Positions 47,760-57,690 of a DNA stretch of 64,000 nt are shown piece by piece. The DNA comes from Longimicrobiales bacterium (GTDB lineage: Bacteria; Gemmatimonadota; Gemmatimonadetes; Longimicrobiales; Gaopeijiaceae): positions 2,016,001 through 2,080,000 of the forward strand of contig CBDFIQ010000002.1 in the NCBI GenBank assembly GCA_965248195.1, written 5' to 3'. The position numbers and the translations under genes are program-made. The notes below the pieces were generated by a model. That model worked only from the letters and a program-made list of their open reading frames with translations, was not told where the DNA came from and ran no database searches. The first letter of the stretch is position 1. The number at the start of each line of letters is the position of its first letter.

Positions 47760-49223
47760 CTAGGGCAGGCGCCCCCCAGATACCCGCTTCAGCAGGGTTC
47801 CCCCGGCGATGGATTCATCTAGCGTGCGGCGATTCAGCATGGCGATCTGCTCGTCGCTCACCGTGGAGGGGTATCGCTCGATGAACTGCTGCAGCGTCAT
47901 TCTCGAGGGAAGCCGAACGATCTCGATCCGGGCCGGCTCGACCCCGAGGATTTCGGGATCGCTCACGGGGCGGAAGCTCTCGATGGTCCCGAGCACCGTG
48001 CCTTCGTGGGAGCGCCATCGAGAAGCGGCCGCATAACCCAGCAGGCGGAAGACCGCTCCCCCGTGCTCCACGAAGAGGACCGCGCCCCGAAGTCCGCCTC
48101 CTTCGGCGTCGGCGCTGAAGGACGCCTCCCACCCCGGGCGGCCGTTGACCGACGTCCGGCGAGAGCCGCTCCCGCGAACGTCGTCCTGCCTCAGGAAGGT
48201 GGAGAGCGCACGTTCCGCGTCGGTCTCACCCGCCTCCACCGTAAGAACGACCAGGGCCGTCTCGTCCGAAGAAATGGCCCCCACCTGCGATTTCTGGTTC
48301 ACCGTCGTCCATCCCCGGGGGAAATCGAGCGCGAACGCCATGACCGGGTGGTAGAACGTCCCCTCATCGAAGAAACCCTCCCTCGGGTCCTGACCGAAGG
48401 TCATGCCGTCGAGGCTCCGCACGTACTCCTCACCCCGCCGGATATACTCCGAATAATCCTGCCCCGAAGCCCCGATGATCTCGCGGATGTCCTCCTCGCG
48501 ATTCACGGGGTCGGGGTGGGTGGCCGCCCACCCGGGAACGCTCCCCCCTCCACCGCCCGCCAGCGCGAGCGTCTTGAAGACGCCCACCAGAGCGTTCGGA
48601 TCGTATCCCGCACGCGACATGTAACGCACGCCGAGTTCGTCCGACTGGGACTCGTCTCCTCTGCTGTACCTCAGGTTGAGGAGTCCCAGGCCCGCCGACA
48701 GCACCCCCGCCACCGAGGCCACGTCCGAGGACAGGACGGATCCGACCCCCAGGCCGATCTGCTGGAGTTGCTGGCGGCTCATCTGGCTGGCGGAGTGGCG
48801 CGCCGTGACGTGCCCGATCTCGTGACCGAGGACCCCCGCGAGCTCGGCTTCCGAGTTCAGGGCGGCCATAATGCCCCGCGTGACAAAAATGAACCCGCCC
48901 GGAAGCGCGAAGGCGTTCACCATGGGGTCGTCCACCAGCTTGAACGACCAAGGCAGCGCGGGGCGCTCTGACCTGGAAGCCATCTCGTTCCCGAGGTTGG
49001 TCACCATGGCCTGAAGCACCTCGGACTCGTACAGCCCAAAGGATTCAGTAATCGGTCCGTCCGCTTCGCGCCCCATCTCGATTTCTTCAGACTCGCTGAT
49101 CAAGATGAACTGGCGCTGGCCCGTAGCCGGGTTCACGGCGCACCCGGTGGCAGTCAACAGTGCCAAAGCCAGCAAGGTGGATCCGAGTACGAGGGCTTGG
49201 ACAAGCTTCCGGATACTGGTCAT
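47760..49223 (-). CDS. M48 metalloprotease lipoprotein (BepA/YfgC-like)
   Basis: GCAVNPATG, NAFALPGG, HEIGH, THP. Confidence 0.92.
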   Translation of the reverse strand: MTSIRKLVQALVLGSTLLALALLTATGCAVNPATGQRQFILISESEEIEMGREADGPITESFGLYESEVLQAMVTNLGNEMASRSERPALPWSFKLVDDPMVNAFALPGGFIFVTRGIMAALNSEAELAGVLGHEIGHVTARHSASQMSRQQLQQIGLGVGSVLSSDVASVAGVLSAGLGLLNLRYSRGDESQSDELGVRYMSRAGYDPNALVGVFKTLALAGGGGGSVPGWAATHPDPVNREEDIREIIGASGQDYSEYIRRGEEYVRSLDGMTFGQDPREGFFDEGTFYHPVMAFALDFPRGWTTVNQKSQVGAISSDETALVVLTVEAGETDAERALSTFLRQDDVRGSGSRRTSVNGRPGWEASFSADAEGGGLRGAVLFVEHGGAVFRLLGYAAASRWRSHEGTVLGTIESFRPVSDPEILGVEPARIEIVRLPSRMTLQQFIERYPSTVSDEQIAMLNRRTLDESIAGGTLLKRVSGGRLP

Positions 49224-49237
49224 GAGCCTCTTCCCCC

Positions 49238-49273
49238 CCTGGATACGTCCTGCCTGGATACGTCTTGCCTGGA
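49238..49273. repeat. 15-bp tandem repeat CCTGGATACGTC(C/T)TG x2.4
   Basis: Directly upstream of the M48 RBS. Confidence 0.85.
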
Positions 49274-49333
49274 GTGCTCAAACATAAGGCTGAAGTACGT
49301 CGGGAGGATACGGAAGCCCGGGGTCGTATCTTC

Positions 49334-49362
49334 TTGACGGGCGGTGCGGGCTGAACGAGGTT
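49334..49362 (+). promoter_or_regulatory. Sigma70-like promoter candidate TTGACG-N17-GAGGTT
   Basis: Good -35, 17-bp spacer, weak -10. Confidence 0.4.
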
Positions 49363-49368
49363 CCGCTC

Positions 49369-49463
49369 ACCGTCGGGCCTACCGGCCAACACCTCGGTGT
49401 GAGAGAGGACGAGGCAGATCGAACCCACCTCCGTACCAGCATGAGTGTAGCGCCCAGCACGGT
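49369..49463. ncRNA. Candidate structured RNA, family unknown
   Basis: Nested pairings ACCGT/ACGGT, GGGC/GCCC and CTAC/GTAG enclose hairpins ACACC/GGTGT and GAGG/CCTC. Confidence 0.35.
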
Positions 49464-49496
49464 TGGCACCCCCATTTCGCTCGGAGTGTGTCCCCC

Positions 49497-49917
49497 ATGC
49501 CATCGATGCCGGATCGGCGCTTCATCCCGAATCGTCGTTTCCATAGTGGCCCTCACGCTTTGCTGGTCCTGTGGTGGCGGCGCGACAGATGTACCGGAGG
49601 AAACGCCGGGCCGCCCGGAGTTCATCGGGGCCTACCTGGACCTGCGCACCGCAGCTTTGATCTCGGGATCAACCGACCTCGGGAATGAAGTCAGGGACAG
49701 CATTCTGGCGGTATATGACGTCACCGATCAGGATCTCCTGGACTTCATCGAAACCCATGGAGAGGATGTGGAGTTCATGCGTGACCTTTGGACCGAAATC
49801 GAAGGGCGTGTGACCGAGCGTCTCGAACAGAACGCTCCAGACGAAGAAAACGAAGGGACCGAGGAAGACGCCGAAACCGAAGAAATTCAGGATGGGGATG
49901 CCGGAATTTCGCCGTAG
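49497..49917 (+). CDS. Hypothetical lipoprotein (DUF4296-like appearance); start ambiguous, possible frameshift
   Basis: IVVSIVALTLCWSC lipobox, RDSILAVYDVT; acidic tail. Confidence 0.6.
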
Positions 49918-50290
49918 TTTCAGCGGGGCTCCATGGGAGTCACGAATAGGGTACTGCCGGTCGTTGCGGGCCGGAGATCGCGTGTGGATTACCGGCACTG
50001 CATCTGTTGCGGAGGATGGAGGCGTGTATGGCGTCGGGGACGGGTACCGACAAGCCGTGCGTTGCTTCGACATCATCCGCGACGCCCTCGCTGCGCAGGG
50101 GGCCGGGCTCGGGCATGTAGTGCGCACCCGGATGTTCGTTACCGACATCGAGCGATGGCAAGAATTCGGCCGGGCGCATCGGGAGGTGTTCGGCGAGCAC
50201 CCTCCTACGACCACGATGGTCGAAGTGAGCCGCCTCATCGATCCGGACATGCTGATCGAGATCGAAGCGGACGCCATCGTGACGGACTGA
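49898..50290 (+). CDS. RidA/Rid family protein
   Basis: SGAPWESRIGYCR, VVRTRMFVTDI, LIEIEADA. Confidence 0.92.
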   Translation: MPEFRRSFSGAPWESRIGYCRSLRAGDRVWITGTASVAEDGGVYGVGDGYRQAVRCFDIIRDALAAQGAGLGHVVRTRMFVTDIERWQEFGRAHREVFGEHPPTTTMVEVSRLIDPDMLIEIEADAIVTD

Positions 50291-50294
50291 GGGG

Positions 50295-51839
50295 CTATTC
50301 CCACTCGATGGTTGCGGGCGGCTTGGACGACACATCGTAGCACACGCGATTCACTCCCACGACCTCATTTCCGATCCGGGATGAAATCCGCGCGAGAAGG
50401 TCATGCGGGAAGGGATACCAGTCCGCAGTCATCCCGTCCCGAGAGGTCACCGCGCGCAGAGCGATCACGTTCTCGTACGTGCGGTTGTCCCCCATCACCC
50501 CCACTGCCTGGACGGGGAGAAGGACCGCGAAGGCCTGCCAGATCTCATCGTATAGTCCCGCCGACCTGATCTCGTCGAGATAGATCTCGTCGGCCTCTCG
50601 GAGCACGTCGAGTCGCTCCTTGGTCACCGCTCCAAGTACCCGGATGCCCAACCCGGGACCGGGGAACGGGTGCCGGCGTATGAATTCCTCCGCTAGACCG
50701 AGCTCCCGGCCAAGCCGTCGGACCTCGTCCTTGAAGAGCTCCCGAAGGGGCTCGATGAGCTCAAACGGCAGATCTTCGGGAAGCCCGCCGACATTGTGAT
50801 GGGTCTTGATCGTCTCCGACGGCCCCCCGGTGGAGAGGGACTCGATCACGTCCGGGTATAACGTTCCCTGAACGAGGTGGCCCGCCCCGGTGCCCTCCTC
50901 CTCGGCGACCCGGGTGAACACATCGATGAACACGTGGCCGATGGCCCGCCGTTTCTCTTCAGGGTCTTCGATTCCGTCGAGCGCTGCAAGGAACTCGTCG
51001 GCCGCGTCGACGACCACCAGACGTACCCCCATGTGCTTACGGAAAGTATGCTCGACGTCCTCCCGCTCGTGTTTTCGAAGGAGCCCGTTGTCGACGAAAA
51101 TGCACGTCAGTCGGTCCCCGATCGCCCGGTGGACGAGGGCAGCGGCAACGGAGGAGTCGACACCGCCGGACAGCCCGAGGATAGCGGTCCCATCGCCCAC
51201 CGTGGCTCGAATTGTTTCGAGCGACTCCTGTATGAAGGCCCCCGACGTCCACGTGGGGTGGCACCCGCAGATCCGGAGCAGAAAATTCGAAATGACCTCT
51301 TCACCGCGGGGCGTATGTGCCACTTCGGGATGAAACTGAACCCCGAAAATGGGACGTTCCGCATGCCGAAACGCCGCCACGGGCAGAGTCTCGGTCGAGG
51401 CGAGAGCACGGTAACCCTCCGGTGGCTGGTCGACGTGATCGGCGTGCGAGCACCATACCTGGGTGGGCTCCTCCGGCAGAAATCCATGGAACAGGTCCCC
51501 GGGCTCGATCACGGTCAGCTCGGCCCTGCCATACTCCCGGCGTCCGACAGTAACCTCACTTCCCTCCAACTGCGCGATGATCTGCATCCCGTAACAGATT
51601 CCTAGAACCGGAACGCCCAAGTGGAGGAGCTCCGCGTCCATGGTGGGGACACCCTCGTCGTAGACCGAAGCCGGGCCACCCGACAGGATGATTCCCTTGG
51701 GGGACCATTCCCGAATCCAGTCCAGTGATCGAGTCGGGGGTTGGATTTCGGAGTACACCCGCTCTTCCCGGATACGGCGGGCGATGAGCTGGGTGTACTG
51801 GGAGCCGAAGTCCAGAATTAGTATGCGATCGTGCTTCAC
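50295..51839 (-). CDS. guaA: GMP synthase (glutamine-hydrolysing)
   Basis: [34 protein letters not shown]. Confidence 0.98.
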   Translation of the reverse strand: MKHDRILILDFGSQYTQLIARRIREERVYSEIQPPTRSLDWIREWSPKGIILSGGPASVYDEGVPTMDAELLHLGVPVLGICYGMQIIAQLEGSEVTVGRREYGRAELTVIEPGDLFHGFLPEEPTQVWCSHADHVDQPPEGYRALASTETLPVAAFRHAERPIFGVQFHPEVAHTPRGEEVISNFLLRICGCHPTWTSGAFIQESLETIRATVGDGTAILGLSGGVDSSVAAALVHRAIGDRLTCIFVDNGLLRKHEREDVEHTFRKHMGVRLVVVDAADEFLAALDGIEDPEEKRRAIGHVFIDVFTRVAEEEGTGAGHLVQGTLYPDVIESLSTGGPSETIKTHHNVGGLPEDLPFELIEPLRELFKDEVRRLGRELGLAEEFIRRHPFPGPGLGIRVLGAVTKERLDVLREADEIYLDEIRSAGLYDEIWQAFAVLLPVQAVGVMGDNRTYENVIALRAVTSRDGMTADWYPFPHDLLARISSRIGNEVVGVNRVCYDVSSKPPATIEWE

Positions 51840-53092
51840 GGCGTCTCACCCCGGAGTAAATCGTCGAGACTCTCGCGGCGGCGGGCCAGCGTAACTTCGG
51901 CACCGTCCACCACGACCTCGGCGGGCCTGGGCCGGGAGTTGTAGTTGGACGCCATCACGAAGCCGTAGGCGCCCGCGGTATGCACGGCAAGAAGGTCACC
52001 GTGAGTGGGCATCTGAAGCAGCCGGTCCCGTGCGAGGAAGTCCCCGGTCTCACAAATCGGACCGACCACGTCCACGACTTCGTGTGCCGCCTCTTCGCGC
52101 AAGACCACCGGCTCGATCCGATGAAACCCTTGGTAGTGGCTGGGACGTATGAGCTCGGTCATCCCACCGTCCATGACCACAAAGGTTTTCGGCCCCGAGT
52201 GCTTCACGTAAAGCACCTCGGTCACGAGGATCCCCGCCTCGCCGACGATGAACCGGCCGGGCTCCAGGATCAGGCGCAACCCCGTCTCGGCCACCCTCGG
52301 TACGACCATGGCCGCCAGATCCTCGACGGATAGCCCGCCCTCACCCTCGTAACCCACGCCAAAACCGCCGCCCAGGTCTACGAATTCGAGGTCGATCCCC
52401 TCCGCGCTCGCCTCGCTCGCCAGCTTCAAGACCTGATCAAGTGCTGTTTCGTAGGGCGCCGGCTCCAGAATTTGTGAGCCGATGTGGACGTCGATTCCCC
52501 GGATTTCGAGCATGGGGTGGTCGGCAACCGACCGATATAGGTCCAGGACGCGATCCACCGGGATCCCGAACTTGGTGGCCCCGTGCCCGGTGCGTGTGTA
52601 CTCGTGGGGGGTGTCGGCGACGATGTCCGGATTGACCCGAAGGGCTATCGGCGCAGGTTTACCCAACCGCTCAGCCACCTGGCCGAGTACCTGGAGCTCC
52701 TCGGCACTCTCGACGTTGAACGCGAGGATCCCAGCTTCCAGCGCCGCTTCCATCTCCACCTCGGTCTTTCCCACTCCGGCGAAGACGATGTCGTTCGGAG
52801 AGATCCCAACGGCGAGGCACCGGTGGAGCTCTCCCCGGCTCACGATATCCGCGCCCGCACCGAGGGTCTTGAGCCGCCGGAGGATCTCCAGGTTCGAGTT
52901 GGCCTTGACCGAATAAGCGAGCAGAAGATCTACGCCGGCAAAAGCCGCCTCGATTCGCCGATAGGCGGCTTCGATCACGCCCGCGTCGTATACGTAAAGC
53001 GGGGAACCGAACTCGGTGACCAGATCGGCAACCCTGCGCTCGCCGGCCCACAACTCGCCGTCGATGCGTGGAAAGGGCTGCTTCAGGGCCAT
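51836..53092 (-). CDS. lysA: Diaminopimelate decarboxylase
   Basis: [32 protein letters not shown]. Confidence 0.96.
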   Translation of the reverse strand: MALKQPFPRIDGELWAGERRVADLVTEFGSPLYVYDAGVIEAAYRRIEAAFAGVDLLLAYSVKANSNLEILRRLKTLGAGADIVSRGELHRCLAVGISPNDIVFAGVGKTEVEMEAALEAGILAFNVESAEELQVLGQVAERLGKPAPIALRVNPDIVADTPHEYTRTGHGATKFGIPVDRVLDLYRSVADHPMLEIRGIDVHIGSQILEPAPYETALDQVLKLASEASAEGIDLEFVDLGGGFGVGYEGEGGLSVEDLAAMVVPRVAETGLRLILEPGRFIVGEAGILVTEVLYVKHSGPKTFVVMDGGMTELIRPSHYQGFHRIEPVVLREEAAHEVVDVVGPICETGDFLARDRLLQMPTHGDLLAVHTAGAYGFVMASNYNSRPRPAEVVVDGAEVTLARRRESLDDLLRGETP

Positions 53093-53108
53093 GGGGTGCT
53101 GATCGGTG

Positions 53109-54569
53109 TCAATACGCTCTTGCCCACACGACCTCCATGGTGGCCTCCCCTTCGCCCCCGATGCACTTCTTGGGGGTCTCGGCGGATCGAAATTCTTCTT
53201 CTGGGATGCATCGAAGCGTGGCCTTCGTCTCCTCCTTGATTCGCTCCTCGACGGCCGGGTCTCCGCTCCACCCCGTGTAGACGTAGCCGCCCGAGCTTTC
53301 CACGATCTCGGCGAGTTCACCAATGGTCTCCACGCCGCGATGGGAATTCTCTTCCCGGCGGGCCGTCGCGGCCTCCAGGAGCTTGGTCTGGAAGGTGTCG
53401 AGCCGCTCCGGAATCGTCGCAAGCGCCTCAGCCTCCGGCAGGAACTCCTTTCGCGGCTCCTCCTCCGCACGCAGGCGCTTGGCCAGAACTACCTGCTCCT
53501 TGTCCATGTCCTTCGGCCCGACCTCCATCCGGAGGGGGACGCCCTTCCGCTCCCATTCGTAGTACTTGTTACCCGGACTCAGGTGGTCACGGACGTCGAC
53601 CTTGGCACGCACGCCTCGATCCGCCAGGGAGCTCCGGAGAGCCTCGGCCTTCTCCAGGACAGGACCGACATCGTCGCCCTTGAGGATCGGCACGATCACC
53701 ACCTGGGTCGGTGCCAGCTTGGGAGGCAACACAAGCCCCTGATCATCTCCGTGTGTCATCACCAACCCCCCCACGAGGCGCGTGGATACACCCCAGGACG
53801 TGTTCCAGCCGTACTCCTCCTTGCCCTCTTCGGATTGGAAAGTGAGCTCGAACTGCTTGGAGAAATTCTGGCCGAGGAAGTGGGACGTGCCGGCCTGCAG
53901 CGCCCGATTGTCCTGCATCATGGCTTCACACGAATAGCTACGAACCGCGCCGGCGAACTTCTCGGAATCGGACTTGAGGCCGGTGACCGGCGGCATGGCC
54001 ATCCACTCCTCCATGAACGTCCGGTATACAGCCAGCATCCGCAGCGTGTGTTCCTCCGCCTCTTCTGCTGTGGCGTGAACCGTATGCCCTTCCTGCCACA
54101 AGAATTCAGAGGTGCGAAGGAACAGCCGGGTGCGTAGCTCCCAGCGCATGACGTTTGCCCACTGGTTCATGAGCAGCGGAAGATCGCGGTAGCTCTGGAT
54201 CCACTTCGCGTACATCGACATGATGACCGTTTCGGAGGTGGGCCGCACCACCAGCGGCTCCTCGAGCTCCTTTCCGCCTGCATGGGTTACGACCGCGAGC
54301 TCTGGCTTGAAGCCCTCGATGTGCGCCTTCTCCTTCTCGATGAAGCTCATCGGGATCAGGAGTGGGAAGTACGCGTTCTCATGGCCCGTCGCCTTGAACA
54401 TGTCGTCCAGGGCTCGTTGCATGTTTTCCCAGATGGCGTAACCCCACGGCCGAATGACCATGCTTCCCTTGACGGGGGAGTAATCGGCAAGCTCCGACCG
54501 GAGCACCAACTGGTTGTACCAGGCCGAGAAGTCCTCGGCGCGGGTCGTCAGCTTTTTATCGTCCGCCAT
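53109..54569 (-). CDS. proS: Proline-tRNA ligase (archaeal/eukaryote-like type)
   Basis: RPTSET, FLRTSEFLWQEGHT, QAGTSH, C-terminal ARAY. Confidence 0.97.
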   Translation of the reverse strand: MADDKKLTTRAEDFSAWYNQLVLRSELADYSPVKGSMVIRPWGYAIWENMQRALDDMFKATGHENAYFPLLIPMSFIEKEKAHIEGFKPELAVVTHAGGKELEEPLVVRPTSETVIMSMYAKWIQSYRDLPLLMNQWANVMRWELRTRLFLRTSEFLWQEGHTVHATAEEAEEHTLRMLAVYRTFMEEWMAMPPVTGLKSDSEKFAGAVRSYSCEAMMQDNRALQAGTSHFLGQNFSKQFELTFQSEEGKEEYGWNTSWGVSTRLVGGLVMTHGDDQGLVLPPKLAPTQVVIVPILKGDDVGPVLEKAEALRSSLADRGVRAKVDVRDHLSPGNKYYEWERKGVPLRMEVGPKDMDKEQVVLAKRLRAEEEPRKEFLPEAEALATIPERLDTFQTKLLEAATARREENSHRGVETIGELAEIVESSGGYVYTGWSGDPAVEERIKEETKATLRCIPEEEFRSAETPKKCIGGEGEATMEVVWARAY

Positions 54570-54912
54570 GGTCTCTCTTTTCGGTGATATCCTCGGTAGG
54601 GGCGGTGGGGAAGCTTGCGTCGGCAGGGGCACTACCGGCGGTCCCCGCACCGCCTTCTCGGACCCGCTCAGCATGGCGCTCCCGCCTGAGCACTACCCAG
54701 CCGGGCACAACGAAGAAGAGGAGCGACGAGAGGGCCCATGTCAGCCTAGACGGAGCTCCGGTCATAATCTCGAGGATCCACGCCGTGAGCGCCCCAGCCA
54801 ACAGCGCGAGCGCCATGAGGACACCCAGAATCACGATCTCCAAGGCGTTCAATCTGCGGATGGCGGTCTCCATCATTCGCCTAGTCCCGGCATGTTCCTC
54901 ACCGCTGTTCAT
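54556..54912 (-). CDS. Small two-TM hypothetical protein
   Basis: Overlaps the hisS stop and the proS start; two hydrophobic helices. Confidence 0.7.
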   Translation of the reverse strand: MNSGEEHAGTRRMMETAIRRLNALEIVILGVLMALALLAGALTAWILEIMTGAPSRLTWALSSLLFFVVPGWVVLRRERHAERVREGGAGTAGSAPADASFPTAPTEDITEKRDHGGR

Positions 54913-56201
54913 TGAAGCTCCTTCAGCGGGACCTCTCGCTCCTCACCTGAGGCCATGTCGCGCAACAGCGCACACTCTCGAGCGACCTCATCCGGTCCCA
55001 GCACAATTACTTGACGAGCGCCGGCGTTACCCGCGGCGGTGAATTGCTTCCGCACTGGTTGCTCACGCAGCGAGTACTGCACGCCGGCTCCCCTATCACG
55101 CTGCGCATGAGCGATGGAGTGGGCGAGCTTGCGGTGCTCTTCGCCGATGATCACGATGAAATAATCCACTTCGGGCGCTAACGACGGTGCGAGGTCGCGG
55201 GCACGGAGAAGCTCGCCGAGCACGACATCGCCCATCCCGAAGCCGACCGCCGGAAGGGGGTCGCCCCCAACCAACTCGAGCAATCCATCGTATCGCCCGC
55301 CCCCACAGATGGCCCGCAACTCTCCTTTTCGGTCGAAGATTTCGAACACGATTCCGGTGTAGTAGGCCAAGCCCCGGACGATGCGAAGATCGAACTCGAC
55401 AAAGGACCCCAGCCCCATGGCTTCCAAGGAGCCGAAGTACTCCTCCATACGCTCCAGCTCTGCGGCAACCGCTGCGAGATCACCAAATTCCCCTCTGAGG
55501 CTGTCGAGGCCGCCCTCCCCGCCTTGATTAAGCAGTTCAAAAGTGGAGCGGGCGCCTTCCTCGTCCAACCCCACCTCCGCCTGAAGACGGTCCAGTGAGT
55601 GGTCCACGGGCGCACGCTCGATCTTATCGATGACCACGAAGGCCGCCGGAAGCCGCTCCTCCTCGACGCCGATCGCCAACAAGATCGCGGTCAGAAGCCG
55701 CCGATCCGAGACCCGCGCCTGGACGTCGTCCCGACCGAGCCCCAGGTCACGGAGACCGTCGAGGGCCACCGCGATCACCTCGACGTCCGCCCCGACACCC
55801 TCCTCACCGATCACATCCACGTTCCACTGAAAATGCTCCCGGAGGCGCCCCTTCTGTTGCCGCTCGTAGCGAAACAGCTGGGGGACCGAAAACCAGCGAA
55901 TCGGCTTCGCCATGGACCGGTGGCGCTCGCCGAGGATCCGGGCCAGGGAAGGCGTCATCTCCGGCCTCAAGGCGACGTTCCGATCACCCTTGTCCTGGAA
56001 ATGATAGAGTTGGCCGACGATCTCCTCGCCACTCTTCTCCACGTACAGATCGAGGGGCTCCAGGGGTGGGCCGTCGTACTCCTGGAATCCATATCGAGCT
56101 GAAACGCGGCGCCAGGCGCCCAAGAGATGCTCTCGGAAAGCCAGCTCCTCGGGAAGGAAATCCCGAAAACCCGGAAGCCGCGCGAAGGTCTGCTTGGACA
56201 T
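54909..56201 (-). CDS. hisS: Histidine-tRNA ligase
   Basis: LRPEMTP, FRYERQQKGRLREH, RGLAYYTG, GGGRYD. Confidence 0.97.
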   Translation of the reverse strand: MSKQTFARLPGFRDFLPEELAFREHLLGAWRRVSARYGFQEYDGPPLEPLDLYVEKSGEEIVGQLYHFQDKGDRNVALRPEMTPSLARILGERHRSMAKPIRWFSVPQLFRYERQQKGRLREHFQWNVDVIGEEGVGADVEVIAVALDGLRDLGLGRDDVQARVSDRRLLTAILLAIGVEEERLPAAFVVIDKIERAPVDHSLDRLQAEVGLDEEGARSTFELLNQGGEGGLDSLRGEFGDLAAVAAELERMEEYFGSLEAMGLGSFVEFDLRIVRGLAYYTGIVFEIFDRKGELRAICGGGRYDGLLELVGGDPLPAVGFGMGDVVLGELLRARDLAPSLAPEVDYFIVIIGEEHRKLAHSIAHAQRDRGAGVQYSLREQPVRKQFTAAGNAGARQVIVLGPDEVARECALLRDMASGEEREVPLKELQ

Positions 56202-56349
56202 GCGGGCGAATCTAAACTTGCAATGGGGAAAGTACAGTGGACGGGAACTCGTCCCGCGCGAGAAGTCTGTTGAAGGAGTACCGTGGTCCGCCACCCGTGC
56301 TGACGCACGGGTACCCGGGATGCCACGGTCGCATATCCTTCAACAGCCT

Positions 56350-57690
56350 TCAACTCTCCAGGCCAAGCGCCCTCAACGCGTCCCCGACCGTATGGGCCGA
56401 TCCGGTCACCACGATCGTTCCCGAGCCCGCGAGTTCCCGAGCCCGATGCAGAGCGTCGTCGAAGTCCATTCGGATCTCCGCGATTCCCGACCCGGTTTCC
56501 GTGACCGCCGCGTGGGGGTCCCATCTGCGCGCCAACGGCGCGGAAGGTGCCTGCGTGAGGACCGCGTGGTCCGCTTTCGCGAACAGGGGCGGAAGCATCT
56601 CACGCCAGTCTTTGTCGCCGAGCACGGCTGTAAGAACCACGATAGGACGCCGGAGCTGCAGCCGTCCCAGTACCGAGGCAAGCGCCGCGGCACCGGCAGT
56701 ATTGTGGGCGATATCGAACACCCACGTCCTTCCTTCGAGGTGCTCCACCTGAACCCGACCGGGCCAGTTTACCCGAACAATCCCCTGCACGAGCGCGGCA
56801 CGGTCGGGGCGGAAGTGCGGTGGCATCCGCTCGAGCAACGCCACGGCCAACGCTCCGTTCACGGCCTGATGCTCACCGGGTAGTGGTGTCTGGAGGCGGA
56901 GCCTACCCCAGGCCACCGTCGACACATCGAAGGCTGTGTGATCCTCCCTCACGTCCACCGACATCGATCCGGGTTCGTACGGGACGTGGATGAAGGGAGC
57001 AATGAGAGAGTCGCACATGGCTGAAAGCACGGATCGAATGCGGGCATCCGGCTCCGCGGTGAGCAAGGGAACGCCACTCTTGATGATGCCCCCCTTTTCC
57101 AGGGCGATCTCGTTCAGGGTCGAGCCGAGATAGTCACCGTGATCCAGGTCTACGTTGGTGATCGCGGTAAGGAACGGAGTCACCACATTCGTGGCATCGA
57201 GCCGGCCACCCAATCCGACCTCGATGACGGAGACCTCGACCCTCCTTCTCTGAAAGAGATGGAAGGCGAGGCCCGTCGTCGCCTCGAAAAACGTCAGGGA
57301 GTGACGCCTGATTTCCGGATCGAGTTCCCGAGCCAAAGCGCGGAGCTCATCATCCCCGACCGGATCTCCACTGATCTGAAAACGTTCCCGGAAGAAACGG
57401 AGGTGGGGTGATGTGTAGAGTCCCACCCTGTGGCCCGCGTTGTTCAACACCGATGCGACGGTCGAAGCTACCGACCCCTTCCCGTTGGTCCCGCCGACAT
57501 GGACACAGGGAATCGGGAGGTGGGGATCACCCGTGTCACGAAGGAAGGCCTCCATCCGCCCCAGGCCCCATTTGATGCCGTGCGGCACATGCGGAAAAAG
57601 CTCGTTGACCAGCGGGTCCCCGGGCACCTTGGTCAATGGATGGGGGAGCTGGACCGATGAGGGACCAGAGGTCCAGTCGGGACCCACCAT
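56350..57690 (-). CDS. folC: Folylpolyglutamate synthase/dihydrofolate synthase
   Basis: GTNGKGS, YTSPHL, EVGLGGRLDATN, DIAHN. Confidence 0.96.
   Translation of the reverse strand: MVGPDWTSGPSSVQLPHPLTKVPGDPLVNELFPHVPHGIKWGLGRMEAFLRDTGDPHLPIPCVHVGGTNGKGSVASTVASVLNNAGHRVGLYTSPHLRFFRERFQISGDPVGDDELRALARELDPEIRRHSLTFFEATTGLAFHLFQRRRVEVSVIEVGLGGRLDATNVVTPFLTAITNVDLDHGDYLGSTLNEIALEKGGIIKSGVPLLTAEPDARIRSVLSAMCDSLIAPFIHVPYEPGSMSVDVREDHTAFDVSTVAWGRLRLQTPLPGEHQAVNGALAVALLERMPPHFRPDRAALVQGIVRVNWPGRVQVEHLEGRTWVFDIAHNTAGAAALASVLGRLQLRRPIVVLTAVLGDKDWREMLPPLFAKADHAVLTQAPSAPLARRWDPHAAVTETGSGIAEIRMDFDDALHRARELAGSGTIVVTGSAHTVGDALRALGLES

Noticed and set aside
49299..49370. ykkC/guanidine riboswitch (AAGCCCGGG and GGTTCCG words)
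   Set aside because: The motifs are in the wrong order and other conserved elements are missing.
50280..50340. Island at the guaA 3' end, a known integration hotspot
   Set aside because: guaA directly abuts the convergent ridA; no integrase or duplicated end.
56281..56328. Hairpin ACCCGTGC-TGAC-GCACGGGT between folC and hisS as a REP or T-box
   Set aside because: Single copy in the window, no T-box consensus, no U-tract.
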